Positions 63,787 through 64,000 of a stretch of DNA of 64,000 bases are shown here, piece by piece. The notes below the pieces were generated by a model, which was not told where the DNA came from, did no database searches, and saw nothing but the letters and a program-made list of their open reading frames with translations. Every line of letters begins with the position of its first letter. The first letter of the stretch is position 1. Source of the DNA: Lacibacter sp. (GTDB taxonomy: Bacteria > Bacteroidota > Bacteroidia > Chitinophagales > Chitinophagaceae); the NCBI RefSeq assembly GCF_035299325.1, contig NZ_DATGWT010000041.1:28709-92708 (forward strand). Reading direction: 5' to 3'. The translations under genes were made by a program, and so were the position numbers.

Positions 63787-64000
63787 ACACGAACAGAAAA
63801 ACTGTCCACGTTGTGGTGAGGGCTTTGAATGCAAAGTGGGTGATGTTACCAATTGCCAATGTTATGGCATTGACTTAAGTGTGGAAGAAGAAGCATTCAT
63901 CACAAAACAATATGCCGATTGTTTATGCCGCAGCTGTCTGCAGCAATTAAAAAGCAGGTATACTTTATTTGTAGAACAGAAAGATCTATACAGTAACCGA
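63779..64000 (+). CDS. partial CDS: small cysteine-rich (CWC-like) protein, runs off the window end
   Basis: The ATG at 63779 overlaps the upstream stop. The translation is MCKHEQKNCPRCGEGFECKVGDVTNCQCYGIDLSVEEEAFITKQYADCLCRSCLQQLK..., with eight or more Cys residues. No stop occurs before 64000. Confidence 0.5.
   Translation, partial: MCKHEQKNCPRCGEGFECKVGDVTNCQCYGIDLSVEEEAFITKQYADCLCRSCLQQLKSRYTLFVEQKDLYSNR

Noticed and set aside
1-64000. A search for tRNA, rRNA, tmRNA, RNase P, integrase, transposase, CRISPR-Cas and toxin-antitoxin pairs.
   Set aside because: I found no GGTTCGAAT-type T-arm with an acceptor context, no rRNA-like conserved blocks, no DDE or tyrosine-recombinase motifs in any ORF of 60 aa or more, and no repeat-spacer array. 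Absence judged by eye is not proof; tRNAscan-SE and Infernal should confirm it.

Overview
The window looks like a chromosomal segment from a member of the Bacteroidota, probably Chitinophagales or Sphingobacteriales. The evidence is a SusC/SusD pair, many lipoproteins and OM beta-barrels, leader regions without SD sequences, and dispersed short intergenic repeats. I found no rRNA, tRNA, CRISPR array, integrase or transposase.

Layout:
- 1-13.5 kb: a tightly packed minus-strand operon of envelope proteins. It holds a tail-fibre-like repeat protein, an OM barrel, a secreted protein, a lipoprotein and a 2212-aa protein with an SpvB-like N-terminus.
- 13.9-22.2 kb: an accessory stretch with a decayed SRAP (YedK-like) gene, about 12 small secreted, lipoprotein or membrane genes, a truncated gene paralogue and REP-like palindromes.
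- 22.2-29.0 kb: an island that looks AT-richer by eye. It carries a translationally coupled four-gene operon encoding a gamma-class N6-adenine DNA methyltransferase, a 700-aa protein with two GHKL ATPase modules (the C-terminal one a complete histidine-kinase core), a REC-like protein and a ComEC-type metallo-beta-lactamase hydrolase. A convergent tandem-XRE regulator follows. I consider this the best candidate for an undescribed methylation-linked, phosphorelay-controlled defence system.
- 29.3-38.5 kb: a thioredoxin-SusC-SusD locus, a MauE-like gene, and a LuxR-type two-component system.
- 38.7-41.8 kb: small genes, nested hairpin repeats and a roughly 370-bp degenerate tandem repeat.
- 42-59.7 kb: housekeeping genes (hemD, DUF4271-like, BamA-like, hemW, gpsA, TolC plus adaptor, a PLP enzyme/VOC/permease operon, a TonB-dependent receptor, queD, and an HMA-AraC regulator).
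- 59.9-64 kb: a cobalamin-riboswitch-controlled btuB locus.

All calls rest on reading motifs in the supplied translations and sequence. No database search was run.
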